The translations under genes were made by a program, and so were the position numbers. The notes below the pieces were generated by a model. The model made no database searches and had not been told where the DNA came from. It saw only the letters and a program-made list of their open reading frames with translations. This document shows positions 52,209 through 62,213 of a stretch of DNA of 64,000 nucleotides, piece after piece. Every line of letters begins with the position of its first letter. The stretch's first letter is position 1. This DNA comes from an uncultured delta proteobacterium (GTDB taxonomy: Bacteria > Desulfobacterota > Binatia > UBA9968), in assembly GCA_963804165.1 (NCBI GenBank), contig CAWDPO010000045.1:128001-192000 (forward strand), in the 5' to 3' direction.

Positions 52209-54014
52209 ATGACCTCAAACGTCCCCTTGAGGCGTTTTTCAGTGTTAACGAGCGCCGTCATTGTCGTTTTGCTCGGCGCGATGGCTCAGGCGCAGACACA
52301 TCCCAACTTGTTTCGCCAACGCCCCGTTACGGATATACCTGGTAGCCACGGCGTGGCGGCTTACGTCGGCGACATCGATGAAGCGACGCTAACGGCGGCA
52401 CCCAGCGGCTTGACCATCGTTGTACCGGGCAAGCCTGATCTCGCCTTTGACCGTCAAGCTCATGAGCACCGAGGCGCGAGAAGCATGGTTTGGCGCGGTC
52501 GCGGACAGTTAGATCGCGGCAACGCGACGCTTACTCTGCACCAAGGTCTTCTCTACGGTCGTATTGAGAGCGGTGGCGACGTGTATGCGATTCGTCCGGG
52601 TTCGAACCGTCGGACGTTGGTTGAAAAAATCAACTCCGACAGCTTCGCGCCGGAGTGGGGACACGACGCCGCGACTCACGGGCACGAAAAAGTTCCTCCG
52701 CCAGCCGGCGACAACCGTTTGCAACAAGGTTCGTTGACTACGCCCAACGCAACTGCCGCGGACGGTACGGTACAAATCGTTTTGATGTCGGTCTACACTC
52801 CCCAGGCTCGCGTTGCGGCGGGTGGTACGACCCAGATTCAAGCACAGATTCAGGCGGCGGTTGACCAGGCCAATACCGCCTTCGTCAACAGCAACATGGT
52901 CCCGCGTTTCTTTCTGTCCCACACGGCGGAAGTCGCTTACAACGATTCGGGAAATATCGAAACGGATCTAAACTGGGTCACCTCGAACTCGAGCGTGGCT
53001 TCCCTGCGCAACACGTACTTCGCCGACATGGTGTCCCTGATCACCAATAACGGCGGCGGGTATTGCGGCATTGGTTGGGTACAGAGAAACCCCGGATCGG
53101 GCTTTGCCGGTTACGCGTTTCAAGTTACCGCGCTCGGCTGTCTCGCCAATAGCACGCTCGCCCACGAACACGGTCACAACATGGGCATGGAACATGATCC
53201 CGCCAGCGCGGGCGTATCGCCATCGGGCGCTTCCTATCCCTGGTCGTTCGGCCATTACGTGAACGGTTCATTTCGCACGATCATGTCGTACAACGTTTGC
53301 ACCATCAGCTGCCCGCGCGTGCTGCACTTTTCCAATCCCGAGGTGCTCTACAACGGCGTTCCCACTGGGATCGTGGACCAACGGGATAACGCTCATACTG
53401 GAGACTTGACGGCGCCGACCATCGCTAATTTTCGTCTTGGAGGTGGCACCGGCACGAACAATCCACCGGCATTCACGAGCGATCCGATCGTCAAGTCGAA
53501 TGCCACTCAAGGACAGGCCTATTCCGGCAGTATCGCGGGCAACGCCACGGACGCAGACGCAGACCCGCTGACGTTTGCGAAGACGAGCGGCCCGACGTGG
53601 CTGTCGGTCGCTGCCAACGGGGTGTTGAGCGGCACCCCGGGCACGACCAATCTGGGTCTAAATAGTTTTACCGTCTCGGTATCGGACGGCCGGGGCGGCT
53701 CCGACAGCGCAACTTTGCAAATCACAGTCGTTGCTCCATTGTTGGCGCCGACTAGTCTCGGCGCCGCACCCGTGGGTTCCAAGAGAATCGACCTTACCTG
53801 GACCGATAACTCTTCGAGTGAAAGCGGATTCAAAATTGAGCGATCCGGCAATAAAGGCAAGAGTTATTCTCAGATCGCGACCGTGCCCGCCAATACGACA
53901 ATTTTCTCCGACACCGGGCTGCGGTCGGGAAGAATCTATTACTACCGCGTGCGCGCGTACAGCGGCACGAGCAATTCGGCCTACTCCAACACCGTTAACG
54001 CCACGGCGAATTAA
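52209..54014 (+). CDS. Secreted reprolysin-like (M12B-type) zinc metallopeptidase with Ig-like and fibronectin type III domains
   Basis: Signal peptide; HEHGHNMGMEH, TIMSY Met-turn; ATDADADPLTF...LSGTP Ig repeat; WTDNS...YYYRVRA FN3. Confidence 0.9.
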   Translation: MTSNVPLRRFSVLTSAVIVVLLGAMAQAQTHPNLFRQRPVTDIPGSHGVAAYVGDIDEATLTAAPSGLTIVVPGKPDLAFDRQAHEHRGARSMVWRGRGQLDRGNATLTLHQGLLYGRIESGGDVYAIRPGSNRRTLVEKINSDSFAPEWGHDAATHGHEKVPPPAGDNRLQQGSLTTPNATAADGTVQIVLMSVYTPQARVAAGGTTQIQAQIQAAVDQANTAFVNSNMVPRFFLSHTAEVAYNDSGNIETDLNWVTSNSSVASLRNTYFADMVSLITNNGGGYCGIGWVQRNPGSGFAGYAFQVTALGCLANSTLAHEHGHNMGMEHDPASAGVSPSGASYPWSFGHYVNGSFRTIMSYNVCTISCPRVLHFSNPEVLYNGVPTGIVDQRDNAHTGDLTAPTIANFRLGGGTGTNNPPAFTSDPIVKSNATQGQAYSGSIAGNATDADADPLTFAKTSGPTWLSVAANGVLSGTPGTTNLGLNSFTVSVSDGRGGSDSATLQITVVAPLLAPTSLGAAPVGSKRIDLTWTDNSSSESGFKIERSGNKGKSYSQIATVPANTTIFSDTGLRSGRIYYYRVRAYSGTSNSAYSNTVNATAN

Positions 54015-54042
54015 GTTGACGGGCTGAAATAATTAACTCAGC

Positions 54043-54079
54043 CAAAACCGGCCCGGCGATAACCGCCGGGCCGGTTTTG
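54043..54079 (+). terminator. Intrinsic terminator
   Basis: CAAAACCGGCCCGGCG...CGCCGGGCCGGTTTTG. Confidence 0.85.
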
Positions 54080-54265
54080 CTTTGACCAAATTCGACATCT
54101 CGTTCAATCTCGCAATAAATCGCGTCAACGATTAGGGTACCCCGATCGAACTTTCTGCGTTCGTCCGTGAATATTTCATGCGGCGGTACGTTTCGATCTA
54201 TCTAGTGCACCCGTATCTGACTGTGATAAAGAAGAATCGGACGAACCTGGAATCCGAGCTGACAC

Positions 54266-55210
54266 GTGAACAGCACGATACTGCGACTGCTTCTACCCGC
54301 GGTTCTACTCTGTGGCACGGCTCAAGCCGCGGAGCTGCGAAGCATTACGCTAGGACTGGTCTCACCAAACATAAGCACTCAATTGCCCGTTGTCGTGGCA
54401 CAGCAAGCGGGCTACTTCAAAGACGAAGGGCTCAACGTTCACAGCGTCACCATCGCCAGCGGTGGAACTTTAATGGTTGCGATTCTTACTAGCGGCCACG
54501 CGGATCTGGTTGTCTCCGGAGTTGCCGCGATCATCCGCGCCATTGACCGCGGCGCGCCGGTTACGGTCGTCTCCGGTTTCCAAAACAAGATCGATTTCGC
54601 GTTGATCGGTTCCAAGCGAGTCGCGCGGCTCGAAGACCTACGAGGTAAAACCATCGGCATCACAAGCGCGGGTAGCTTTTCCGAGTTCGCCGTCCTCGAA
54701 GCCATGAAACGGCGCGGCTTCGTCAGGGACAAAGACTACAAACTGCTCGCCGCTGGCAGCACCTACTTGCGCATCGGCGCGCTCAAGGGCGGCAAGGTAG
54801 ACGCCATCCCGCTAAGCTCGGGCGAACGCCATACGCTGGAAGACGAAGGCTATCCAGTGCTGTTGGAAGTCGGCAAAGTCGTTCCGGAAATTCCTTTCGC
54901 CGTGACCGTCGCCGCTAAGGCATTCACCGCGAAAGAGCCGGATCTCGTCGTGCGCTTCATTCGAGCGCTCGGAAAATCGATGCAGTTGATAAAGAACGAC
55001 AAAGACAAGGCGATTCAATTAGCACTTACCGGAAAGCTGAAAGGCACCGCTGATACCCAGCGTCGAGCGCTGGACTATTTCGCCCAGGACCTTGACGTAA
55101 ATATCGAAAGAGAAAATGTCGCCGCCTTACTTTTCGCCCTGGGAATCAAAGGCGAGGCGGAGCGCTTTTTCGATCGCTCCTACTTATCCCGCGCAATGGC
55201 AAAGCCATAG
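54266..55210 (+). CDS. ABC-type substrate-binding protein, NMT1/THI5/SsuA-like
   Basis: Signal peptide; GYFKDEGL, DLRGKTIGIT. Confidence 0.9.
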   Translation: MNSTILRLLLPAVLLCGTAQAAELRSITLGLVSPNISTQLPVVVAQQAGYFKDEGLNVHSVTIASGGTLMVAILTSGHADLVVSGVAAIIRAIDRGAPVTVVSGFQNKIDFALIGSKRVARLEDLRGKTIGITSAGSFSEFAVLEAMKRRGFVRDKDYKLLAAGSTYLRIGALKGGKVDAIPLSSGERHTLEDEGYPVLLEVGKVVPEIPFAVTVAAKAFTAKEPDLVVRFIRALGKSMQLIKNDKDKAIQLALTGKLKGTADTQRRALDYFAQDLDVNIERENVAALLFALGIKGEAERFFDRSYLSRAMAKP

Positions 55211-55238
55211 GCTCACGAAGAAATCATCCGCTCATTCT

Positions 55239-56945
55239 TCAAGCCGTAATATTTCCGCCGGAAATAAACGTTCCAATGCGATTGCCGCGCGTGATCGGCA
55301 GAAGCAGATGCGAAGGATGATCGGTGTCGTGATAGACCGTTACACGCGAGCTCGCTTGCCGTGCCACGTGACCGGACGCGATGCCGTGCAGATGATGCGT
55401 CGGCGCGTCACCATCGTGACCGGAGATGCGGATTGCCAACCGATAGCCGGGACGGAGACGGATGCCGTACGGACGAATCTCGATGTTGAATTCGTAAATC
55501 TCATTGGGCAGGAGCGGCTCGCGCTGCTCGTGTGTGTGATACGGCGCCCAAGGCTTCGAGCGATTCGGATCGATGCGCCGCTGCGAGCCTCTGAGCCAAC
55601 CGCGCGTCAACAAACGCTCCGTTCCCTGCGGATCGACTTCGAGCAATTGCACGAACCACAGCACTTCGTTGTCGGTTGTTGACCCGTAAAGCACCAGCGC
55701 CATGGGACCGCAGACGTCAGTCGCTTCGACCATCGCGGGCGTTTGAAACAGCGCGCTGCCGCGCTCGTAGGGCGAATCGATATAGACAGTCGGCGATTCG
55801 TTGGCCCAAAACTCGTGCTCGGAAAGAAGACCATGCTCATGCAGATAGAACGGCGTCCAGCGCGTCTGTGGCAGCGGCCATTCGTTCGCCTCAATCCATT
55901 CGCCCTCGCCACCGTCGAGAAACACATGCACCCGCGGCTCATTCATAATTTCGGTGTCGTTGCCTTTGAGCCACAGATCGAACCAGCGCAGTGATTCGTA
56001 ATGATACTGAAACACCGGCCGGTCGAGATAAATCGGTGGACCGACCGTGAATTTTTTTGGCCCTTGCCATCGTTCCCACGAGCGCATGTCGCCGGCGAGA
56101 TGTATGCCGTACACGCCCCAACAGCTGCCAAGATAAGCTGGAATCTTTAGCTCGCCTTGCGTCGCTGCATGCCATTCTTGCCAGAACTCCGAATACTGCG
56201 GAAACAACAGCGGCTCGACGATCCACGCGTTACGTCCTTTGTCCGGGTCGCGCAGCGCATCCACGAGTGCGGGAATCGCCGCGACGTCGGGATCGCTCAA
56301 CGCGGCCTGTACCCGGCGCCGGTATTCTTCTTCGCCAAGTCTTTCTTTCATGCGGTTTTTAAAGCGCAGATTGGCGAGCTTGGGAATCCAGCGAGTACGA
56401 AAATTGTGATGCAAGATGCCGCCGTGATAATCGAGATCGCGGTATAAATCCGTAAGACCGTACATGGCAAAAACGCATTTCAAAGAGGGCGGATTGAGCG
56501 CGGCAACGCGCTTCTGCACCATGGTGAAATACGACGGGCCGAACATGCCGACGTTGCCGTTGCACCACGGCTGCTCGGCAAGCCATTCAATGGCATCGTA
56601 AATATCCTGAATTTCTTGACGGCCGAGAAAGTCGTAGTAACCTTCGGATTTGCCGGTGCCGCGCACATTGAGAATCACATGCACATAACCGCGCGAGACA
56701 TAAAAATTCGGATCGCCCGCTTCCATGTGGCCGCGAATGCCGCCGGCGCCGACCGGCATCACCGGCGCAACCTGATCGTCGAGGGAATAAGCGCACACTC
56801 CAAGAATGACGGGAAATTTTCCGTCGGCATCGGGCCGGTAGAGATAACTGTTGAGCTTGGTGCCGTCAGACGTCGGAATTGAAAAATCTCGTTCCTCGCG
56901 TACATGATATTTTCGCTCTGAAGTTTTCCAGGTTTGCGTCAGCAT
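55239..56945 (-). CDS. CocE/NonD-family serine hydrolase
   Basis: RGTGKSEG, QPWCNGNVGMFGPSY, LRWFDLWLKG, C-terminal jelly-roll region; start may be up to 56966. Confidence 0.92.
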   Translation of the reverse strand: MLTQTWKTSERKYHVREERDFSIPTSDGTKLNSYLYRPDADGKFPVILGVCAYSLDDQVAPVMPVGAGGIRGHMEAGDPNFYVSRGYVHVILNVRGTGKSEGYYDFLGRQEIQDIYDAIEWLAEQPWCNGNVGMFGPSYFTMVQKRVAALNPPSLKCVFAMYGLTDLYRDLDYHGGILHHNFRTRWIPKLANLRFKNRMKERLGEEEYRRRVQAALSDPDVAAIPALVDALRDPDKGRNAWIVEPLLFPQYSEFWQEWHAATQGELKIPAYLGSCWGVYGIHLAGDMRSWERWQGPKKFTVGPPIYLDRPVFQYHYESLRWFDLWLKGNDTEIMNEPRVHVFLDGGEGEWIEANEWPLPQTRWTPFYLHEHGLLSEHEFWANESPTVYIDSPYERGSALFQTPAMVEATDVCGPMALVLYGSTTDNEVLWFVQLLEVDPQGTERLLTRGWLRGSQRRIDPNRSKPWAPYHTHEQREPLLPNEIYEFNIEIRPYGIRLRPGYRLAIRISGHDGDAPTHHLHGIASGHVARQASSRVTVYHDTDHPSHLLLPITRGNRIGTFISGGNITA

Positions 56946-57061
56946 GGGCTTCGATATATCGAACAAATGACGGCTCTGTCAATTTTGCGACTTGACGAAT
57001 GTCGCCGGTGGACATTTATAACCGCCTGGCGTATGGGAGTTGAGACGAAGGTATTCGCCCT

Positions 57062-57742
57062 ATGGATCTCGAACAAATTAAGCAAGACATCGTCAGGGCC
57101 AGCCATATTTTGCACCAGCAGGGCATCGCCGCGGCGTTCGGCCACGTGAGCGGACGCATCCCCGGCACCGACAAGTTTATCTTTCCGCCGCGAATGAGTC
57201 CGGCGCTGGTGCGCATGGATAATTTGCTCGAGCTTGACGTGGAAGGCAACCAGCTCTCCGGCGACGGCAGACCGAATACCGAATTTTGGATTCACGCGCG
57301 CATCTATAAAGCGCGTCCCGACGTTCAGTCGGTCTGTCATGTACATCCGCCAAGCTGCGTTGTGCTCGGCTCCCTCGGCGAAACCATTCGGCCGCTGCAC
57401 GCTTCCGGCGCGGTTTTCAAGAATAACGTCCAGGTTTTTGATGCGGTAACGCTGATTCGTACGCGCGAGCTCGGCGATCAGGTGGCAAAAACCCTCGGGC
57501 TCCATGGCGCGATGCTGCTGCGCGGCCACGGCGTCAACGTCGCTGACAAAGACGTCCGCCGCGTTTGCGTGATGACTCTGTGGATGGAAGAAGCGGCAAA
57601 TTATCAATTGCGCGCCATGTCGGCGGGGAAGCCGCGTTACTTCACTCCGGCAGAGCTCAAAGTTATTTACGCCCAGGTCTCCGGCGAAGAAGTGTCCAAC
57701 CGGGCCTGGGAATATTTCAGTAGTCGAGCGGCACGGTCATAA
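57062..57742 (+). CDS. Class II aldolase/adducin family protein
   Basis: GHVSGR, EFWIH, HVH, LRGHG. Confidence 0.92.
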   Translation: MDLEQIKQDIVRASHILHQQGIAAAFGHVSGRIPGTDKFIFPPRMSPALVRMDNLLELDVEGNQLSGDGRPNTEFWIHARIYKARPDVQSVCHVHPPSCVVLGSLGETIRPLHASGAVFKNNVQVFDAVTLIRTRELGDQVAKTLGLHGAMLLRGHGVNVADKDVRRVCVMTLWMEEAANYQLRAMSAGKPRYFTPAELKVIYAQVSGEEVSNRAWEYFSSRAARS

Positions 57743-57781
57743 AGCCCGCACAACGTCTCCGCGCGCTCGCAAAGGGAGGAT

Positions 57782-58465
57782 ATGGCGATGAATCACACGG
57801 AGCTTCGTCAGGCGGTGATCGATGGCGCGAACATGCTCGTTCGCACCGGCGCGATTTCGCTGAGCCATCACGGCAATTTTAGCGTGCGCGTACCAAACAC
57901 CGACACGATTCTGTTGACGGCCACCAGTTCGTTCGACAATTTGAAACCGGAAAATCTCGCGCTCCTCGATCTCGACGGTAAGTTGCTCGAAGGCGAGATC
58001 AACCCGACCAACGCCGAGATTGTGCACATGCACGCGATCGTTTACAAAGAACGGCCCGACACCGGCGCAGTCGTGCACACCCACTCGACTTATGCGACGA
58101 GTTTTGCTTTGGCGAGTCGTTCGCTCGGTTGTTCTTACGAAGCGCTGGTGCGCTCGGATATGACCGATGGCATTCCGCTCGCGAAGTACGGCCCGCGCGG
58201 CTCTACCGAGTCGGTGACAAATATCGCCAACGCCTTGAGCGTTGCGAGAAACACCAAGGCCGTGCTGTTGGAAAATCATGGCGTGTTGGCGTTCGGCGCC
58301 AATCCGGCCGCGGCGGCGCGCGCCAATCTGATCGTCGAAGAAGCCGCCCAGATGGCCATCTTCGCCGAAGTGCTCGGCGGCGCGAAAAATATTCCGCCGG
58401 AACTGCTCAAAGCCACGGTCGGCCGGAGAGACGAATATGCCCGCGCTGGCACGCAACGGGTGTAG
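57782..58465 (+). CDS. Class II aldolase/adducin family protein
   Basis: GNFSVR, HMH, HTHS, LENHG. Confidence 0.92.
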   Translation: MAMNHTELRQAVIDGANMLVRTGAISLSHHGNFSVRVPNTDTILLTATSSFDNLKPENLALLDLDGKLLEGEINPTNAEIVHMHAIVYKERPDTGAVVHTHSTYATSFALASRSLGCSYEALVRSDMTDGIPLAKYGPRGSTESVTNIANALSVARNTKAVLLENHGVLAFGANPAAAARANLIVEEAAQMAIFAEVLGGAKNIPPELLKATVGRRDEYARAGTQRV

Positions 58466-58501
58466 TATCACTGTGATCTTGGCGTCTAGGTACGTTGAAT
58501 T

Positions 58502-58525
58502 GTAGGGGCGACCGGCGGTCGCCCG
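58502..58525. repeat. GTAG-type REP
   Basis: gtaggggcgacc-ggc-ggtcgccc. Confidence 0.65.
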
Positions 58526-58562
58526 TGGAAATGTGAAATCCAATCCGAAAGGAAGAAAACAA

Positions 58563-59426
58563 ATGGAATCAACAGCAGTAGAAAAACGTAAAGCGCTCCG
58601 AAGGATGCTCGGTGAACCGACCTGTCATATCGCGCCGAGCTGCAATGACGGTATTCAAGCTCGGCTGGTCGAATGGCTCGGCTTTCCCCTCGTGCATATT
58701 TCCGGTAGCGGGCAGCATCGCGCGCTCGGCTTCGCCGATGCCGGGTTGCTCACGCTCACGGAGATGATCAACAAAGCGCGCGAGATCGTCGACGCAGTCA
58801 ATATTCCCATCGTCAGCGACTGCGAAACGGGCTATGGCAACGCCGTAAACGTAACGCGAAGCGTCCGCGAATTCGAAAAAGCCGGCGTCGCCGCGCTGCA
58901 CATCGAAGATCAGATGACGCCAAAGCGCGCCGGCCACGAGGGTTTCGACGTCGGTCTGGTTTCGCGTGAGGAATTTGTCAATAAGATCAAAGCCACCCTC
59001 GACACGCGGCGCGACGAGAACTTGATCATCATCGCGCGCTCGGAGGCCAAAGACTCCCTGCAGGAACGCATCGACCGTGTCTCAGCGTGCTGTGAAGCCG
59101 GCGCCGACGCCGTTTGGCTGAGCGCCCGCACCGAGGACGAGATCAAAGCTTTTGCCAAGATCGGCAAACCGATGGTCGGTGTGCCGCCACGCCAGCTCAT
59201 GCCTCTTTCACGCTGGGGCGAGCTCGGCGGCCGTGTCGGCTGCATTCCCACCGTCTTGCAAGTCGCCGCATTGCACGGCATGCGCCAATGTTTGGAAGAA
59301 CTAAAAAAGAACGGCACGGAAGCAGCTTATTTCAAGCAAACCCCAGGCATCGAAGACACGCGCAAGTGGTACGCCAACATGGGCAACGAGGAGCTCAAGG
59401 CGTTGGAAAAAAAGTATGGTTATTGA
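58563..59426 (+). CDS. Isocitrate lyase/PEP mutase superfamily protein
   Basis: DCETGYG, IEDQ, KRAGH, IIARSEA, AGAD. Confidence 0.9.
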   Translation: MESTAVEKRKALRRMLGEPTCHIAPSCNDGIQARLVEWLGFPLVHISGSGQHRALGFADAGLLTLTEMINKAREIVDAVNIPIVSDCETGYGNAVNVTRSVREFEKAGVAALHIEDQMTPKRAGHEGFDVGLVSREEFVNKIKATLDTRRDENLIIIARSEAKDSLQERIDRVSACCEAGADAVWLSARTEDEIKAFAKIGKPMVGVPPRQLMPLSRWGELGGRVGCIPTVLQVAALHGMRQCLEELKKNGTEAAYFKQTPGIEDTRKWYANMGNEELKALEKKYGY

Positions 59427-59428
59427 AG

Positions 59429-59459
59429 CGTAGGGGCGGGTTTGAAACCCGCCCCTACG
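59429..59459. repeat. GTAG-type REP palindrome
   Basis: cgtaggggcgggttt-g-aaacccgcccctacg perfect inverted repeat. Confidence 0.8.
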
Positions 59460-59477
59460 AATGAATCCGCAACCGCC

Positions 59478-60557
59478 ATGAAATTTGCCCACTTCTCCCA
59501 CGTCTGGAATAAGCCCGGTATGACCGCGGCCATGCGCTACGATCAACTTTGGCGTGAGCTGGCGCTCGCGGACGAATCGGGTTTCGACTTCGGTTTCTGC
59601 GTCGAGCATCACTTCAATCCGAACGAAAGCTGGATGCCGTCTCCGTCGATCTACTGCGCGGTGGCGGCCGCGCGCACGCACCGGCTGCGCATCGGCACGA
59701 TGGGCAACGTCGTGCCGCTCTACGACCCCCTGCGCATAGCCGAAGACGCAGCGGTTTTGGACAACGTCGCCAACGGCCGTTTCGAGCTCGGCTTGGTTTC
59801 GGGAATCGTGCCGGACTTCTTCGGTCCCTACGGCGCTGACTTCCAAACCCGACGCGCGCTCACCCACGAAGCGCTGCTATTCATCAAGCAAGCACTCTCG
59901 AGCGACGGCGCGTTCAGCTTCACCGGTGAATCGCGCCGGTATCAAGACGTCACACTCGGCGTAAAACCGCTGCAGAAACCCCATCCGCCGATCTGGATTC
60001 ACTCGCGCGACGCCGACACGCTGGCGCTACTCGCGCGCGAAGGCGCGCACACCGGTTATCTTTTCTTGGTGCCGCGCAGCGACGTCGCGCCGCGCTATCG
60101 CGAATATTTGCGGCTATGGATTGACGCGCACCATGCCGGCAAACCAAACATCGGCTATTGGGTATTGGTCTATGTTGACGAAACCGACGCCAAAGCCGTG
60201 GCGAAAGCGAAACCCTACTTCGAATACTGTTTCACCAAAGTTTTCGGCACCAGAGCTGACGGTGGAATCGGCTATCTCAGACTCGCGGAAAACCACGCCA
60301 AACGCGGCAATCCCGGCGGCGCCGAGATCGCGCGCCATGCGATCGACGTTAACTATCTGCGTGAACGTAACTTAGCCTTTGTCGGCTCGCCGCAAACCGT
60401 CATCGAACAAATCAAATCTGCCGCCAGCGAAGGCGTGTTCAATACCGTCATGGGCGAGTTCAACATCGGGGAGATCGCCGAAGAGGACTTGATGCGCTCG
60501 ATCAAGCTTTTCGGGACAGAGGTCATTCCAGCTTTGCGCCGGTTCGAACCCTATTGA
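59478..60557 (+). CDS. LLM-class flavin-dependent oxidoreductase
   Basis: VEHHF, PLRIAED, PLQKPHPP, VGSP. Confidence 0.92.
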   Translation: MKFAHFSHVWNKPGMTAAMRYDQLWRELALADESGFDFGFCVEHHFNPNESWMPSPSIYCAVAAARTHRLRIGTMGNVVPLYDPLRIAEDAAVLDNVANGRFELGLVSGIVPDFFGPYGADFQTRRALTHEALLFIKQALSSDGAFSFTGESRRYQDVTLGVKPLQKPHPPIWIHSRDADTLALLAREGAHTGYLFLVPRSDVAPRYREYLRLWIDAHHAGKPNIGYWVLVYVDETDAKAVAKAKPYFEYCFTKVFGTRADGGIGYLRLAENHAKRGNPGGAEIARHAIDVNYLRERNLAFVGSPQTVIEQIKSAASEGVFNTVMGEFNIGEIAEEDLMRSIKLFGTEVIPALRRFEPY

Positions 60558-60627
60558 CGGTCTCCATGGTCCCTCGGACAATGTTGCAGCGCAACAGGAG
60601 AAAAAATACTCCAATTCCCGTCACGTA

Positions 60628-61041
60628 TTAAGGTCGATAGATCTCCGACTCCGGTGGTATTTCCATCAGCTCGATGCTGTTGCCGTCGGGATCGGAGATA
60701 AACGCGATGCGCTGCTTGGCGCGGCCGATAAACTTTCTTTCCGGCTTCACGTTCATCTTGGCCAGATGATCGAGCGCTTGTTCCAGGTCATCAATCACCA
60801 GGCAAAAGTGAATGTAGCCGATCGGGTCAGGCGGTGACGGCAACATATTCTTGCCGCCCGGGAAAAGCTCGACGCATTGCCCTTTGGCGAATTCTAAAAA
60901 CATCAGCTCGGGCCGGCCCCCGCTTGGCTCCACCCGATAAATTACTTTCGCGCCGAACGCGTCGCCATACCAGCGAATACTGCGCTCGACATCAGCAACT
61001 TTGAAAGCCACATGGCCAAAACGCACGCCGTCTATGGACAT
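60628..61041 (-). CDS. VOC (glyoxalase-like) family protein
   Basis: GHVAFKV, HFCLVIDD, DPDGNSIELME. Confidence 0.9.
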   Translation of the reverse strand: MSIDGVRFGHVAFKVADVERSIRWYGDAFGAKVIYRVEPSGGRPELMFLEFAKGQCVELFPGGKNMLPSPPDPIGYIHFCLVIDDLEQALDHLAKMNVKPERKFIGRAKQRIAFISDPDGNSIELMEIPPESEIYRP

Positions 61042-61162
61042 AATAAGCTCCTTTACGTTTCGCGGGATAATAGGATGACCGGGACCGAACTTGCAATCGA
61101 TGGGACGGCAGAGCCGCGGAAAACAAAATACTTCGCGAGATTCAAAGCAAGACGCGCCCTGG

Positions 61163-62201
61163 TTATTTCGAAATCTTGAGCGAATAAAAATCGATACAGT
61201 TGTCGCGCAAGATCAGTTTTTTATTTTCGTCTGAAAGATCCTTTCTCGTCCGAAAGCGGGGAATGTCCGCCAGGAACTCTTCGAGCGTCGGTCGCTCATG
61301 CGGGTAGTCCGATGGATACATGATCTTTTTTCTAGCCCGAGGCCAATCACGTATGGAAGTATTTTTTCTTCCAGCTCACAGGAAAAATAAACGGGATGAT
61401 TCTTGACGTAATAGCTTGGTTCCTTCGAAAGGAGCGGCGCCTGCTGCGGCAGCTTTTCGTATTTCTCGTCCAGCCTCTCTATTAAATACGGCACCCAGCC
61501 GACACCGGCTTCGAGAAACGCCATTTTCAATGCGGGAAAGCGCACCGGCGCGCCATCGAGCAGATAGCTCGTGAAGTGAATCTGCTGCGCAACCGCGTGC
61601 TCCATCACAAGAATCTTCACGAACGAATCGTAAAGATCGAGACCAAGTCCCGCGCTGGAGCCGCCATGCACCGCTAAGGGTACATTCAGACGTACCGCAG
61701 TTTGGTAAAGCGGATCGTACATCTCATGGCCGAGCCCTCTCGATAAACCAGCCGCGGGGATAACGCCACCAACCATTTTTAAATCCGTGACGCAACGTTC
61801 CAATTCTTCCGCCGCCGCCGTAATATCTTGAATGGGCAACAGCGCGACACCCCAAAGTCGCTGCGGTTCGTTTGCAAATATTCGCCGTAAAGATAATCGT
61901 TGTAGCAACGCGCCATCACGGCTGCCCATTTTACGTCTTTAATATGCGCCATCGCCAAACCCATCGTTGGATAGAGCACCGATCCGGCGACGCCCGAACC
62001 ATCCAAAAAAGTCCGCCACTTTTGCAAACAAGACGTGTTGTCGGGCGCCTTGCGCGTGCTGCGCGGCCAGCCGTCCAAGGATGGGAACAGCGCAGTCAGC
62101 GCTCGCCGCCCTTCAAACGGCGGCGCCAGGTACTTTCGTAACTCGTCGTCGGTTTCCATCACATGTCCATCGGCATCGATGGGCGCATAGTCGGCGATCA
62201 T
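61163..62201 (-). CDS. Amidohydrolase-2 family protein (frameshifted)
   Basis: IDADGHVME, LAVHG, FLEAGVGW, YPSDYPHE; alternative frame ends ...DFYSLKISK-TAA. Confidence 0.88.
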
Positions 62202-62213
62202 CCTAACTTCCTT

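Noticed and set aside
2466-62201. Calling the frameshifted genes pseudogenes or programmed frameshifts
   Set aside because: Indels are scattered, hit conserved genes and show no shared slippery-site pattern; sequencing error is simpler
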